64,000 nt of DNA from Raillietiella orientalis (taxonomy: Eukaryota). A program made the position numbers and the translations under genes. Positions within the stretch are counted from its first letter, which is position 1. Each line of letters opens with the position of its first letter. Positions 47,574 to 60,000 of the stretch are shown here, piece after piece. The notes under the pieces were generated by a model. That model was given only the letters and a program-made list of their open reading frames with translations, did not search any database and had not been told where the DNA came from. The DNA lies in NCBI GenBank assembly GCA_036172245.1, contig JAYWIR010000052.1, positions 372,001 through 436,000 of the forward strand. Direction: 5' to 3'.

Positions 47574-50500
47574 TTGAGGGGATGGACGAGAGGTGGAAAT
47601 GGAAGCGGACGCCGCTCGTCGCCCACCCTTTTCCCTGAGGCGACGCAGGGTAAAAAAGGGTGCAACGCAGTGCGCTTTCGAGCGGGAAGGGGCGTCCCAT
47701 CTTGAGCTGTGAGCCGCGACCCGCAGCTCCGCTTTCCCCGGCGGCGGCATCAGTTGGCGCTCGGGACCGCCTGCGGCTACGACCCCTTCGCCAGGAGCTT
47801 CTGGCCGCTCTTTTCCCGCCACGCGTGCACCCTCTTTCCCTTCCCCCCGAGGGATCACGGTGACGAAGTGGCTGCCTCAGGGTGTCGCCGGATGCGAGGA
47901 CGCCCGCCGTGGTACCGGAGGACCCGCCGAGCGGCGCCTCGGATCCCCCCCTGTGCGGTGCGGTCCCCTCGAAAGTCGTTGCCCGCCCTCACCTTCGCTC
48001 CCCTGCCCTCCGGATTTAGGCAGCATCGAGATCAGGGGAGAGGTCGGCCTCCCCCTCACGAGAACATTTGACGTTCCGCGTTCTCTGCGCTCCAAGGTCC
48101 GTCAGAGGGGCGCCAGCAACCGCCTCAGGGCAGCGGTGGCGCCATCACGCCTTGTCTGGACGCTAGCTGGTCCCCCCGGAGGCCGCGCAGGGTGTCCCGG
48201 AGGACCCAGGAGTTCCGAACGGGGACGGAGGGCTCCTTGCAGGGGCACGTCTCTCGCCGTCGAGAAGCGGAGAGGTCTCGCAGCCGCGTTTCCCCTTCAC
48301 CTCCCCGCCCGCGACGTGCGCGCCAAGGGCGGCGGCGGCGGGAAGCTCCGTGGCCAGAGAGTCCCTCCCGAGGTCCTGCAGCGCTGGACGTGCCCCGGAG
48401 AGCTTCCGAGAGGGTCCGAATGCCTACTCCCTCCAATCTCCTGGATCATGCCCCACACCCTCCGCAAGGTCTTCTCCCCCCGGCAAGGAGTGGCGCAGCT
48501 CCCTCGCTGTCAGGTGGCATCCCTGGTCTTTCTCTCTTTCACCCTCGGGGGAGGGCGAGGAGACTGGTCGTGATACACTCCTCCCCTTCTGCCCACTCGG
48601 AAGCGCTTCTCCTGATGTCACTGCCAAGGGCGCTGGGTCTGCGCTCTCCATCGTCGCGCATGGACGCCTCCGGGCTCGTTGTGGGGGCGCACGGCGCTTG
48701 GCGAGGTCAAAGAAGGGTTTCTGCCTCGGGCTGCCCCAGGGTGGGCTGCACAGTGGCCTTCCTGTGCCACAGCGATCGGAGTTCAGCCTTTGGAGACCTT
48801 GACCCCTTGCCTCCGTAGGCGAGGTCAGCCCCGGCGCGCTAGCAGTTTTGGAGGCAGAGGTCGTCGTCCGGCGCCCCAGGGCATCTTTGGAAGGGGCAGC
48901 GGCCGTCCGGCCTACGAAGTCGCCCCGCTGCTCTTGGGCTGCTCCTTCCTCTCCCGATTCCGGCCTCACTCGGACCCTCATTTCCCCATGACCCGATCTG
49001 CGCGTTCGCCAGGACCTCGACCACGGTGGCGGTGCTGCCTTCCCTCGGGAGAAGGAACGACAGTGGCCAGCCAGCAGGGTGGAGTCACTCCGCGCCGTCT
49101 CGAGGGTGCGCAGACCCACCTAGGGACTGCGCGACATCCTACGCGACCACCCTGGCGAGACGTGAGCAGGGAACCGCGCGACTCCAGATGACCCTCGTCC
49201 GCCCCACCCTTGCCCCTTGGCAGTCCCTCGCGCTCACCTCGGCGGAGGGGACGCGGGAAACCCTGCACTCCGGGAGGGGGTGCGGCAAGCCCAAGGAGCG
49301 GCCAGGCTGCCCCTTCTTCCAGGATGCCAAGAAGAACGCCCGCGGCAATGAAGGGCCTCTCAAGGGTGCTGCCTCGTAGCGTCCCGCCCGTTCGTCCCGC
49401 AGCAGGGGCGGCTGCACTTCCACCTCATCCGAGTAGTCCCTCGCGGGAGCGGTGGCGGCGGGGCGACCTGCCAGGTCGACCCCAAGACGCGCGAGCATAT
49501 GACCTCCCCGTTGACCAGGGTCACGGGACGCGGACTGCGGTGCGGCGGCAAGGCGATGCTGTCCGCGAGATAAACCAGGAGCGGACAAGTACTCTCGGAC
49601 TGCCCTCAGCTCCAGCGGCTCCTGGTCGCTGCCGCCCCTGGCAACGGCTTTCCGGAGTGGGCGCAGCACCGGGCGCCCCGGGAAGCCGCCTTCTTGCTCC
49701 CAGCGCCAACGCTCAGTCGCTTCCTTCCTGCTCGGAAGGGTGCGGCCGTCTGCCAGGGAGGGGGAGAGAGGAGGAGGGATCAGCTTGCTCCTTGGCACCC
49801 GGGTCAACTGCTGCTCCCTCTGCTCATCTCCCAACATCCCGGGGTTCCGGCTGCTGCTGCTGCTGCGGTATCAAGAGACGTCCCGTCAGAGGTAGAACGG
49901 TTCGCCGAAGAGTCTCTCCGCGGTCGGTGGCTGCCCCCTGGGCTTTGACCCCACAGGCAAGTCGGGGACGAGAATCATCGGGGTTGGTGGGAGGGGTGGG
50001 CGAGAGGGGCCGCGGGCGGGCCCGTCCTGTTTTCCCTACACGTGGAGGTTTGCGAGCGTTCGGGCGTGGCGGAGATGAATTTCGCCTCTCCCGGGGAGCG
50101 GCGGCACGCACGCCGGCAGCTCAAAAGATCACGCCACACCCAGGAGGTTCCTCAGAGCTTCCGGAGCGGCGGCCATGCCATCTTCGCCGGACCGGGAGAG
50201 CGGTTTGTTCCAGTACCGGTGGTCCCCACGGGCACGAGCGTGCCTCAAGGCGTGTGAGGGCGGGTTCACGTGGATCGCCCGCGAGAACCTACCTGCCGCC
50301 GGACGGGGCTGCTCCCGGACTTCCTGGAGGATGCGATCCGCTAGGGTGAGAGTCTCTCCTCGGCCTGTTCCCCCCTACCGAGAGGTCAACCAGTCGTCGA
50401 CTCCCTTTCTTTCCTCCTCCCACCACTCACCCCCACAAAGGACCATCCGGAAGCCCCAACGCGGATCACCTCGGTGACCGGTGGGCTCGCCGCCCATTTC

Positions 50501-52227
50501 GAGCCACCTTGCTGCCTCAATCCGGTGCTTGGCAGGCTCGGCGGTGGCCACTCCTTCGACCAGCGACACGCGCCCTGAGGCACCACGCTGACCCTGGGGG
50601 CGAGAGGACATGGGGGTTCAGGATGGGTCGCCTCTCGAAACTCCCTGCATCTCGCCGGAGCGCCCGAATGAGAGCCGGACGTTGGCCGAGGGACTCGGAG
50701 AGTCTTCAGGGGCGGGGGGTGTCCATAGAAACCGACGCCCTCCACGGGATCTGACGAGAGGCGCTAACTCCTGCGTGCCCTCCGGAGACGCTCGTGGTTC
50801 CCGCGGAGTTCGGGAGGGCCGGACTCGTTGCCCGCCTTGGCGAGCTCTCACTTTCCTGAGGGGACCGCAAGCCATCGGGCGGCCCCATCCTCCAGCGCAC
50901 CAATCGGGGTCCCTCCTGACCGGCGCGGTTCGCCGTCTCCCGCGACGAAACCGAGGCCCGTCGTCTCGCGCGTGCTCCTGGCACTCCTGCCTCGCCCGGA
51001 GCCAGGCCGGCGTCCTCCCTCCCGGCGTCTTCCTCCCCCCGTGAGTCATGCGCCATCTGCCGGCTTCATTTGTAACCTCCCCACCCCCCGCACCGGGGGC
51101 AAGAGGTCGTCCCCTCGCGTGATCGCCGGTGGGCTTACCCCACCTCCAGGCCTCCATCCCCGACCCCGCTGCCTCAGGCGATGTTCGTCAGAAGTAGGTG
51201 CAGGAGGAGGGAGGGTGGGGAGGTTACCAGTAATGACGGTCATTTGCAGCCCACCCGGGCCGCCCGGATGCGGCCCATTTCCTGCGGGCACCCTGAGGTG
51301 GTTTCTCTCCGCGGCGTGCGCATGGCAACCCTGAAGGCGGAACTTCGCTTCCCCTCGCTGCAGAGTGCGTCTCGGGACGGACGACTTGGAGGAGGCCGCG
51401 GAGGCAGCTGAGGAGGGTGCTGGGATCTTTCCATCCCGCTCCCTCTCCTGGGGGCGGCACCCAGGTCTCCGTGGCTGCCGACACTCGGATTTCGGGACTG
51501 TCTGGAGCCGGGTCACCGCGGGCGCTCCTCTGAAGTCTTCAGGAGTCCACGGCAGTTCGCTCCACCGAGTGGCTCGCGAGGGTCAGGGCTGGTCACCCAA
51601 CTCGCGCGCCCCCATGGAGGGGCTGGAGCTCTTGCTGCACCCTCCCGAGGAGGCAGCAACGCTCGGACGCTGTCGCCAAGGTCCTGGGGGTGGGTCCGTA
51701 CGGCGAAGCCGCCCTCTCGAACACCCTCCGCGGATCCTCACCAATGACGGTCCCCCCCCCCCCCCGTGGTAACACGCAGCGACGCTGCGGGGCTCCCCCG
51801 TGCGTCCAGCTCCTCCGGCGTTGCCGGGCGACGGCGAACGCGCGCCCGAGCTGTGCGCGAGCAGGAGGGCCGGGCGGTCGAAGCGCCACTGCGCCGACTC
51901 CTGGACTGCTTAGCAGTGGAAGGAGACGAGTGGTAGCCGACCCCTCGCCCCACCCGAAGGACCCCCGGGCTGGCGGCTTCTGAGGCCAAAACTGCCGCTC
52001 TCCGGCGTGCCGGACGCCGTCCGTCCGTCGGCGAGGCAGTCCACCGTCCGACGGACGGCTGTCCGCTGCTTCTCGTCCACGACGAAGAGGGCGGCACGAT
52101 GGTGGCCTCCCCTCCTGCCGGAAACGGAAAGGGGCGCCGCGTGGGTCTCAGGCAGACTGAGGAGACGCGGGACAACCACCGGTTGGGCGGGAAGCAAAGT
52201 CCCGACCGCCCAAATCCCGAAAGATCG

Positions 52228-53275
52228 TAAATAATAAATGTACACGCTTATTGTATATATTAACGTATATATTTCTGAGCAGATACGAATTCGTTTTAAC
52301 GTAGATATTTATTGATGGTCATCAACATGCATGTTATGAATGGTCATAATTATTAACAAATTATTGACGGCATTCATATCATTAACGCACGTATCATATG
52401 TATTATTATATAATTTATATCTCGATTAAAGATCATAAAATATAAATATATGTTATATGTATTTGCATATGGACTTACATACAAAATTGCCTTGACATGC
52501 ATATTTGTTAATATAGGTATTAATATGTTTTATTAACTATGTACATTGCAGATTAAAGAAAATAATACAGATGTTTAATATCTATATTTATACATGCAAT
52601 AAGCGTATATGGAATGAATGTATAAGTATCGAATTATGAACATACGTATTTGTCGAACATCGCAACGCCGGAAATAGAATCCATCAATTGTTGAGGAAGT
52701 TTCGTTTGTCGAATGCTGGAATGACAGGAAAAGGAAATACCAAATTCCCTTTTTGTTTTTTAAATTTGTTTGCTTTCAAAAAATTTTGTCACCAATGTTA
52801 ATTGCCATCATTGTTTTTTTATTTTTTTAAATTCGATATACATATACATATATATATATATTAAATGAATATATAATATCATATTTATATAAATTATATA
52901 TTGTTTATATAAATTCTAGATTCTAGATACATAAATTATGTATTAATACATATGATATACTATATACCTTAATGAATCTTCATATTAATGATATGTTAAT
53001 AGATATTAGTATTCATAAGATGCATATTGATGAATATTAAAACATAAAAAGTAATATATATATATATATATATACATATAAATGTACATTTTTGTACGTA
53101 TGTTTACTTTTTATAATCTTTAATATATATATCAATACACATTACTAATGGTATTATTAATGTGCGTTAACAAATATTAATAAACGTATATGTCAAAATA
53201 AACTCGCCTGTGAGTCTTTACATAAATATGCATACTGGGTAGATGTATTTATTTTCCGTGATCTTTCGGCGTTCG
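52228..53275. repeat. Sharply bounded ~1-kb AT-rich island with degenerate inverted repeats
   Basis: Roughly 80% A+T by eye inside GC-rich flanks. 52321-52428 matches the reverse complement of ~52918-53031, and ~52464-52565 matches the reverse complement of ~53112-53232. Confidence 0.75.
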
Positions 53276-56200
53276 GTATTTTCGTCGGCGCCTCCTCCCG
53301 ATGACCTTCCCTCTCATGCTCCACCCGGCCCCCGCAGAGGGAAGCGTCATCTCTCGCATCATCCTCGGTCCTTGCAGCGCTCCGTCTGCTTCCTGGTTCT
53401 TTCGTTTGCTAGCGCTGCCGCCGTGTACGTTCTTCCCGTCCTGTTCCTTCTCTCCCGTCGCGTCCGACGCATCCCGTGTGCTACGTGTCCCTCCCTCCCT
53501 TGTGAGCGCGCCCCACTCCGTTCGGGTCGAGGTGCCGGCGTGACCTCCGTGTCCCGGATTAGCGGGCTGTTTGCTTGCGGTAAACGCGTGAAAATGTGTG
53601 TTGCTGGAGGTGGATCGACGTGACCCGAAGCCAAGGAGGCCACCCTTGCCGGGAGCAGAACTAGGGAGGGCCTCAGCGTGACTCGACCTGCGTCGGGTCG
53701 GTCTGCCCACCATCGCTCCAAGGTTTCCTCCTACACCCCCACCCGGATCGGGAAGTTCCAACGCCCCCACGAGCGATCGTCCCGGGACGACGGCCACGCC
53801 CTTCCTCCGCCTCCAGCGGTCGCATGGCCGAGGATCGCCAGCGAGAAGGCAGCTGGCAACCCTGGAAAAGCGACGCTCCTGCAGGCGTGCCTCGGGTGAT
53901 TCTGTCCGTCGGGGAACCGAAGCTCCTCAGCGACGCGCTCCCCTCCCTGCTGCAGCCCCCTGGGGTATCCCGAGCGGACGCGCCCCCCGGGCACTCCCCC
54001 GACCCGACGACTCTCGGCATGCCAGGATGGGTCAAGCAAGGAGGAAAAGAAAGAATGAACGCGGGGGAGGGACCACCGGGCAGCAGCAGCGCGGGAGCCA
54101 ACCTGGGGAGGCACTTCCGGGACTGGGAAAGGCGGGCGGGAGCACTCGACTACCGCGTCAGAAGATCGCCCCGGGCAACGCCGCCGCAGCAGCAGACGGA
54201 CCGCGCGCGCGCGCTCCGGATCGGCCTCCTCCCCTCTGCGCAGAAGGTCGGGCAGGTCGGGGCGCGGAAGCTGCAAACCCTTCCAAGTCTCTCTCTCGCA
54301 ATTCGCCCGACCACCCGGTGAGTCCGCGCCGAATCCACGTCGTCCACCACCACGCCGCCGCAGGCCGCACTGCAGCGGGTGCGACGACGTGGCGGGCGGA
54401 GGGGCGGCGGCTGCAACCAAAATCGCCACGCCGTCCCTCGGGTCCACATACCTCCTCCCTCCCCTTCCAAAGTGCGGCTGCCGACCTGCTCCGGGGCTGA
54501 TGACCCCGCCAGAGGAAACTTCGAAAGTGCCGCCGGTGCAGCCTGAGCCATCGTAGGGACGCGCGCGCTTGCGAACTCCGCCTTTGCCCCAGGTAGCCAC
54601 TCGGGAAGATGCACTTGTTGCTGTGGACAACGAGGGCTTCCCAGTCTGGTTGCTCCTGCGAGGTGGTCCTTCCGGGGAAGCTGAGTTTCCCGAGAGACTT
54701 CGGCGCGGAGCCACCCGGCGTCTCCAGCGAGCATTCCGGGGTGGTCCTTCGGGTCTTCGAGGAGTGCATGGTGACTCCCGGTGGCCAGGAAGCGCCGCCT
54801 CCACGGACCTCCGTCCGGAACAGCCACACCGAGGAGGCTCGGGTCACCCGGCGTGACCCGACTCTTCCGAAAACCAGCCAGTGGCGTTGGAGGATTCCGG
54901 GAAAAGGGAAGAGACCCGACTGTGATCCCCGCCCCGGGACATGACCTCAAATCGAGGTCTGCCGGCGGGCGAGGCCCAGCCAGCGGCCAACGACAAGGCT
55001 CTGGGGAGCACGCGGAAGCGAGGCGACCACTCGAGGAAGGAAATTGCCTCCGGCAGCGTCCGTATTTTCCCGCCATCCCGATCTTCTGAAGTCATCAGAT
55101 GGCTCGCCATCAGGAACCATCCGAACGAGACGCGCCACAAGATGGCGCCATGGGGCTATCCGACTGCAGCTCCGCCCTCTCCCTTCCCCCTCCGCCCAAA
55201 TCGAGAGGTCGCGCGCGGGCCCGTCCTGGCACGTTGCGCGCGGCGGTCACCGAAGGCGGGGGGGGGGGGAGGAACGTTGGCACGGCAACGATCTCCGAGG
55301 GCACTATGCCTGCTCCCAGGAGCTTCCTTTTGCCCTTGAGAGTCCCGGAAGGGTGCGGTCCTCCTTCCCGCCCGGTCTTCCGGGCTGGCCAACGACGAAG
55401 CAGGCACTTTCGACGACCGCCCTCCCCGCCTTCCAGCATGCCGGTGTACGGGTGGGGCGGCGGCGAGGTTATCAGGCCCGCGCAACCTTCTGTCCTCTCG
55501 CGCCGTCGCCGGCGGACCCCGCCAGCGTTCTTCTCTCTCCCGGACCGATCCGACTCGGAGGGACCAGTTGACCACTGCCTCCTCCCTGCCCATTTCCGTT
55601 CCTTTCAACGGCCGTTCCTCTGAAGACAGACCGGGAGGGGGGAATTGCAGTTGGCACCCCCTCTCTCGATTTCCGCCTGGCACTCTTTCCCGGGACACCG
55701 GACGCTGGAGGGATCGGATGGCGCCCACACCTGTGGGGAGGAGCTCGCGAGAGCCGCCGCTCGCGTGGTCCGAGAACCGATCCCCCCCCCCCCCAATTAG
55801 TCGACTGCTCGCGCGTCGACCAATCACGTCGAAGGGATATATGTCACGTGGGAAGCACGGTGAACACCTCCAGCGCGTTTCGCCTTCGCTCCCACCCACC
55901 CCCCCTTCAAGTGCACCAGGGGGAGGGTGCGATCTCTCTCTCTTTCCATCGGAGGGGGGCAGCCATTCCTTCCGCAGCACAGAAGGCCGGTGTCCAGAAA
56001 GACGCCGACCGTCATCCCGGCTTCGGGAGTCGGCAACGCCGCTCTTCCGTCTCCGCAGGAGGCTGCCCTTCCGGGAGCCGCGGACCGCCGGCAGCGCGGT
56101 CCGCAGGCGTTTCCTAAACCCGGGACGGGCGGGGTCGCCGCCTCTGGGTCGGCTGCTGCCCGCGTAGTGCCGGGAAACGTCTTCCCCTTGGCCTCCGCCG

Positions 56201-56729
56201 CCGGCAGTGGCTGGAAGGATTCCGAAAGTGCACTGCCTCCGCCGCCGCCGAGCTTCCCAGGACGCCATTCCCTTGGAGACTTTTCCGACTGCGCTCCGGG
56301 AGTCGAGGAACGGAGCTCCAAAGCGCCCGAAATTTCGAACGGGCATCGAGGACGTGCGCGGTCCCGGGGCCGACTGGTCAGGGAGCCACGGCTCCCACAC
56401 CGTTGTTGGGGCGAAGAACCGCGCCCCCGTCCGGAAGCGGTGCGGCGATGAAGGCGTCGCTGCGATGGCGCCCCGCCCCGCCGCGCGCGCGTCCGCGCTT
56501 ACACATCGGAATCGCAGTAATGAAAACGTCGAAAGTTCGCCGTACCTCTTCGTAAATGAGGTACGACTTCGTTCGCCGTGGAGGGTTTCCGGATCCGAAT
56601 CTTCTCGAAATCTGCGGTTGCGAGCAAAAAAAAAAGAAATGGTGGGAATGGTGCGTGCGAAGGAGGCCGCCGCGACCTGCCCGGCTTTCCATCGCTATAA
56701 CAGCCCGTTGTGAACACCTTCCCTGCAGG

Positions 56730-56801
56730 TCCCATGTGGTCTAGTGGCTAGGATATCTGGCTTTCACCCAGAAGGCCCGGGTTCGATTCCCGGCATGGGA
56801 A
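56730..56801 (+). tRNA. tRNA-Glu (anticodon TTC at 56763-56765)
   Basis: Complete cloverleaf TCCCATG..TCTGG-CTTTCAC-CCAGA..CCGGG-TTCGATT-CCCGG-CATGGGA-A, followed directly by TTTT (Pol III terminator). Confidence 0.97.
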
Positions 56802-56857
56802 TTTTGGCATCCGCTCGCGGCAGGCGTCGCAACTCTTTGCGTGGGCGGACGGGCGGG

Positions 56858-57038
56858 TGACGTCATCACCCCGCGCTCTCGCCGTGCGCAGCTGCAGGTG
56901 CCGCGGCGTGACGTAGGCGGCCGTCTGCGGCCGTGAAGGTTGCGTGCGGCGGCCTTCGCTCGCCGCCGTTGCGTCATCGCGTAGCGTAAAAGGCGGCGGA
57001 GGACGCTCAATCGGAGCGCCCGCCGTGACGTCACGGCG
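56858..57038. promoter_or_regulatory. Cluster of CRE/ATF-like sites just downstream of tRNA-Glu(TTC)
   Basis: TGACGTCA at 56858 and 57026 (the latter inside the 18-bp palindrome CGCCGTGACGTCACGGCG), and TGACGTAG at 56909. Confidence 0.35.
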
Positions 57039-60000
57039 CTTTCGGCGGGGCGGCTTCACCTCTTCCCTTCTGCCTCGCCGCCGCCGTGCAGATGGCGCGC
57101 GCGCCGGGGAAGCGCGGCCTCGCCTGCGCGCGCGTGGAGGTCGCGTTCCCTTCCTACGCTCCTCTTTTTCCCGGAAGGCCTTCCGGGAAGAGTGCTGCTG
57201 CAGCCGTTTCCGCAGGCTCCCCCCCTCCGGTCGCAGGTGTCAGCCTTCCGCATCCCTCCTCCGCAGCTTCCGTGCCTTACCGGAGGCCTGCAGGGGGCTG
57301 CCAAGCCCTCCTCTGCCCTGGGATTCGCCCCCGGGAGGAAGGCGCGGCGACGCCGACCTCCCGTCGCGCTCCCGAGGGACGCCGGCTGGACCACGCCTCC
57401 CCTCTCCGCCTTTTCTTCTCCGCGCACCCGCCGTCGAGCCAGCTGCCGCGGAGTTATTCACCTGCCCGAGGCCCTCTTCTGCGGGAGGTGCTATCTGGCG
57501 CCACGCGGCGGCCTTCTCCTGGGTGGGGCGAAACGTGACGGTCCTCCCCCCCTCCGGATGAGCGGTTCGAGCAGCGAGCAGATGGACCGCGCGCCCACGC
57601 CTTCCGCGTGCGCCCCCCGATGGATGCCAGCGGGACCACCGCTCACGCACGGAGATGCTCCGGAGCTGCTGGCCCTCTGGCAGCCGGCAGCTTTTCGCGG
57701 CCCGCCTACCCTCCGGCTGCGCTCTCTCGCGGCCCCTGCAGGCTGGTCCTCAGGAAGAGCATCGCTCTTCCCCTGAGCTCCTCCTCTGGGCGTGGGGCGG
57801 CACCGTCTGCAGCCGGACGGATGCAAGACATGGCGTCGTTGCTGTTCTGTAACAGAGCCTCGCTTGAAGGGCGGTCCGGAAGAAGCCTCGAGGGGTCGAA
57901 GGTTCTCACGGGGAACGAGCCTCGTCCCAGAGGGGGTCCGAGGGGGGTCATGAAGGCAGGGAAAGCTGCCTCCCAGAAGACATGGCGCCCCGGGAGATGC
58001 TTTCCTTCCGGGTAGCCTACCGAGCTGGGCTCCCTCTGCCAGCTCCTCCTTCGCTCACTTGAGGGATCCCCTGGCCACCCATCGGGGTATCAGGAACCCT
58101 TACCCCTTCCTTTCTCTCCTGTTTTCCTTGTTTTTTTCTTCGCAGCTTGGAAAGACGATGCACCCTCTGAGTGACGTCGTCGACGACGCGCGAGGCTACT
58201 CGCCCTCTCTCCGCCAGTTATCATAACAATAACGGTTTCCGCCGAGTCCGCTTTACGTCGCTGCGGGCCGCGAGCTGGTTCCTTTCGAAACGAGAGACGC
58301 GCTTTGTGCTGTTCTTTCGGTATCGAGGCGCACCGCTCTGCTCTCGGAAAACAAGCTGATTTTCAAAAGATCTACAGGAAGAGGGGAGGGGGTGGGGAGG
58401 CAAGTCCCTTCGGTCCGGGGACAGAAACCGCAGACAGGAAAGGGCTTGCTAGATCTTCAGCGATAAAGAATGGTCGAAACGGTATCCAGATTTCCTTTGG
58501 TTCCTGATGGGTCGGTGGGAAGGTTTTCGCGGGGGAAAGGAAAATGCAGCACGGCCAATTACCGCTGCGAGTGTGGGTAAGCTGAAATGGGAGAGCGGGC
58601 GGGAGAAACGAGCGTACCGGCGCGCGCTCCAGTTCTTCCGAGCTCCGCCACGAGCTCCAGTCTCATCCGCTGCCGTCCGCCAGGGTCACTCTTTCCGTTA
58701 GACTGAGGTTTCTCTCACCTCCCGCAGGAAGAACGTCTCCTTCCGCAGTTTCCCTTCGACGCGGGCACCGGGTCGTCTGAGGGAGCCATCGCTTCCCCGT
58801 GGGCGCGCCCGACGCCTCCTGCTGGCCTCCCTGCCCCTACCACCTGGACGCTTGCAGGAGGCGATGGCACGAATGGGTATGAGCCCCCGCCTCCTTGGCT
58901 TCTTGGTTTTGAGGCTGGTCAAAGGATGCCGAAGTGTGGTGAAATCCGCGGGGTGGGTGGGGGGCGGTGGCACGTGACCTCTCTGGATCGTTCGCGGAGG
59001 AGGGAGAAGGAGACCTGGCAGGATGTTCATGCACAGGACATGAACTCGCAATGCGCGCATCGGCGCTGCTTGCAGATGGAGGGGTCTTCTACTTATTCGC
59101 AGCCCAGCGGGCCAGAGTTCGGAAGCCTCGTAGCGCGCTGCAGCTGACCTCGTGCCCCTTTGGCAGTTTTCAGCGGGATGGAGTACGAAGGCGCGGTACT
59201 TCAGGTTGGCTGGAAGATGTGACTGTGGTTTCCAGAGGGGACTAGTCCCCATTTCATTCCTTAGGGATAGGTTCACTGGGGAACGATGCTTCGCGAAGGA
59301 CTTGACATCTAACGGCCTTCCTTTCAACTCGAAGAGATTCGGCAATCGACCGCTAGATAGGGATAATATGGAGATTACTGGAGGAGGAGGTTACGCCCGT
59401 TTCTAACGGCGGAAGGAACGCAGCTCATGGTCATCGGCATTCGTTCGAAAGTTGTCTAAGGAGAGGACGCAGAGTTGCGCCTGGGGCGGCGTGAAGGGGG
59501 AACAACTCTGAGGACCGGATGAGAAGTGAGGAAGGAGCAGATGACGGCCGCGATGCGCTTGCGCAAGGGTGGGGTCAATGAAACCCAACGAAGAGCCCGA
59601 GGGGGTGGGGGTGGACGGGTGGGGATATGGGGGATGGGGAGCGAATCGCCAGTTCCGAACGGAGAATTCCTCAGGGCATGAATTTCTGCACGAAGCGCGA
59701 AGGGCCGCTCTGTCTACATAGGTCCTTCTACCCAAAATTCTGTAAGTGCCCGTATTCTGCCTCAAGATCGAGGAGAGTTCAGAGAAGACTGCCATGGGAG
59801 GGGGGAAGGGGGCGGGGAGGGGCTCAGGAGGAAACCCGAGTGCCTACGCGTCCCGAGACGCGACTAAGGAGCCACAGTCGAAGAGCAGGAATGCGCCATC
59901 CAGCCGGGATGTTCGACGACCTTTCGGTTCGACGACAACCTTGACAGGAGACAGCCAGCCGCAGCTGACGGCCCCACGCCGCTCGCAGGGCCCATTCGAA

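Noticed and set aside
57820..57960. Minus-strand TFDPSRLL resembling the cytochrome P450 PERF region
   Set aside because: No ExxR or FxxGxRxCxG motif nearby in any frame I could read.
58698..59345. 215-aa minus ORF and a CAHC pair, considered as a retroelement or zinc-finger remnant
   Set aside because: No reverse transcriptase, integrase, endonuclease or complete finger motif was recognisable.
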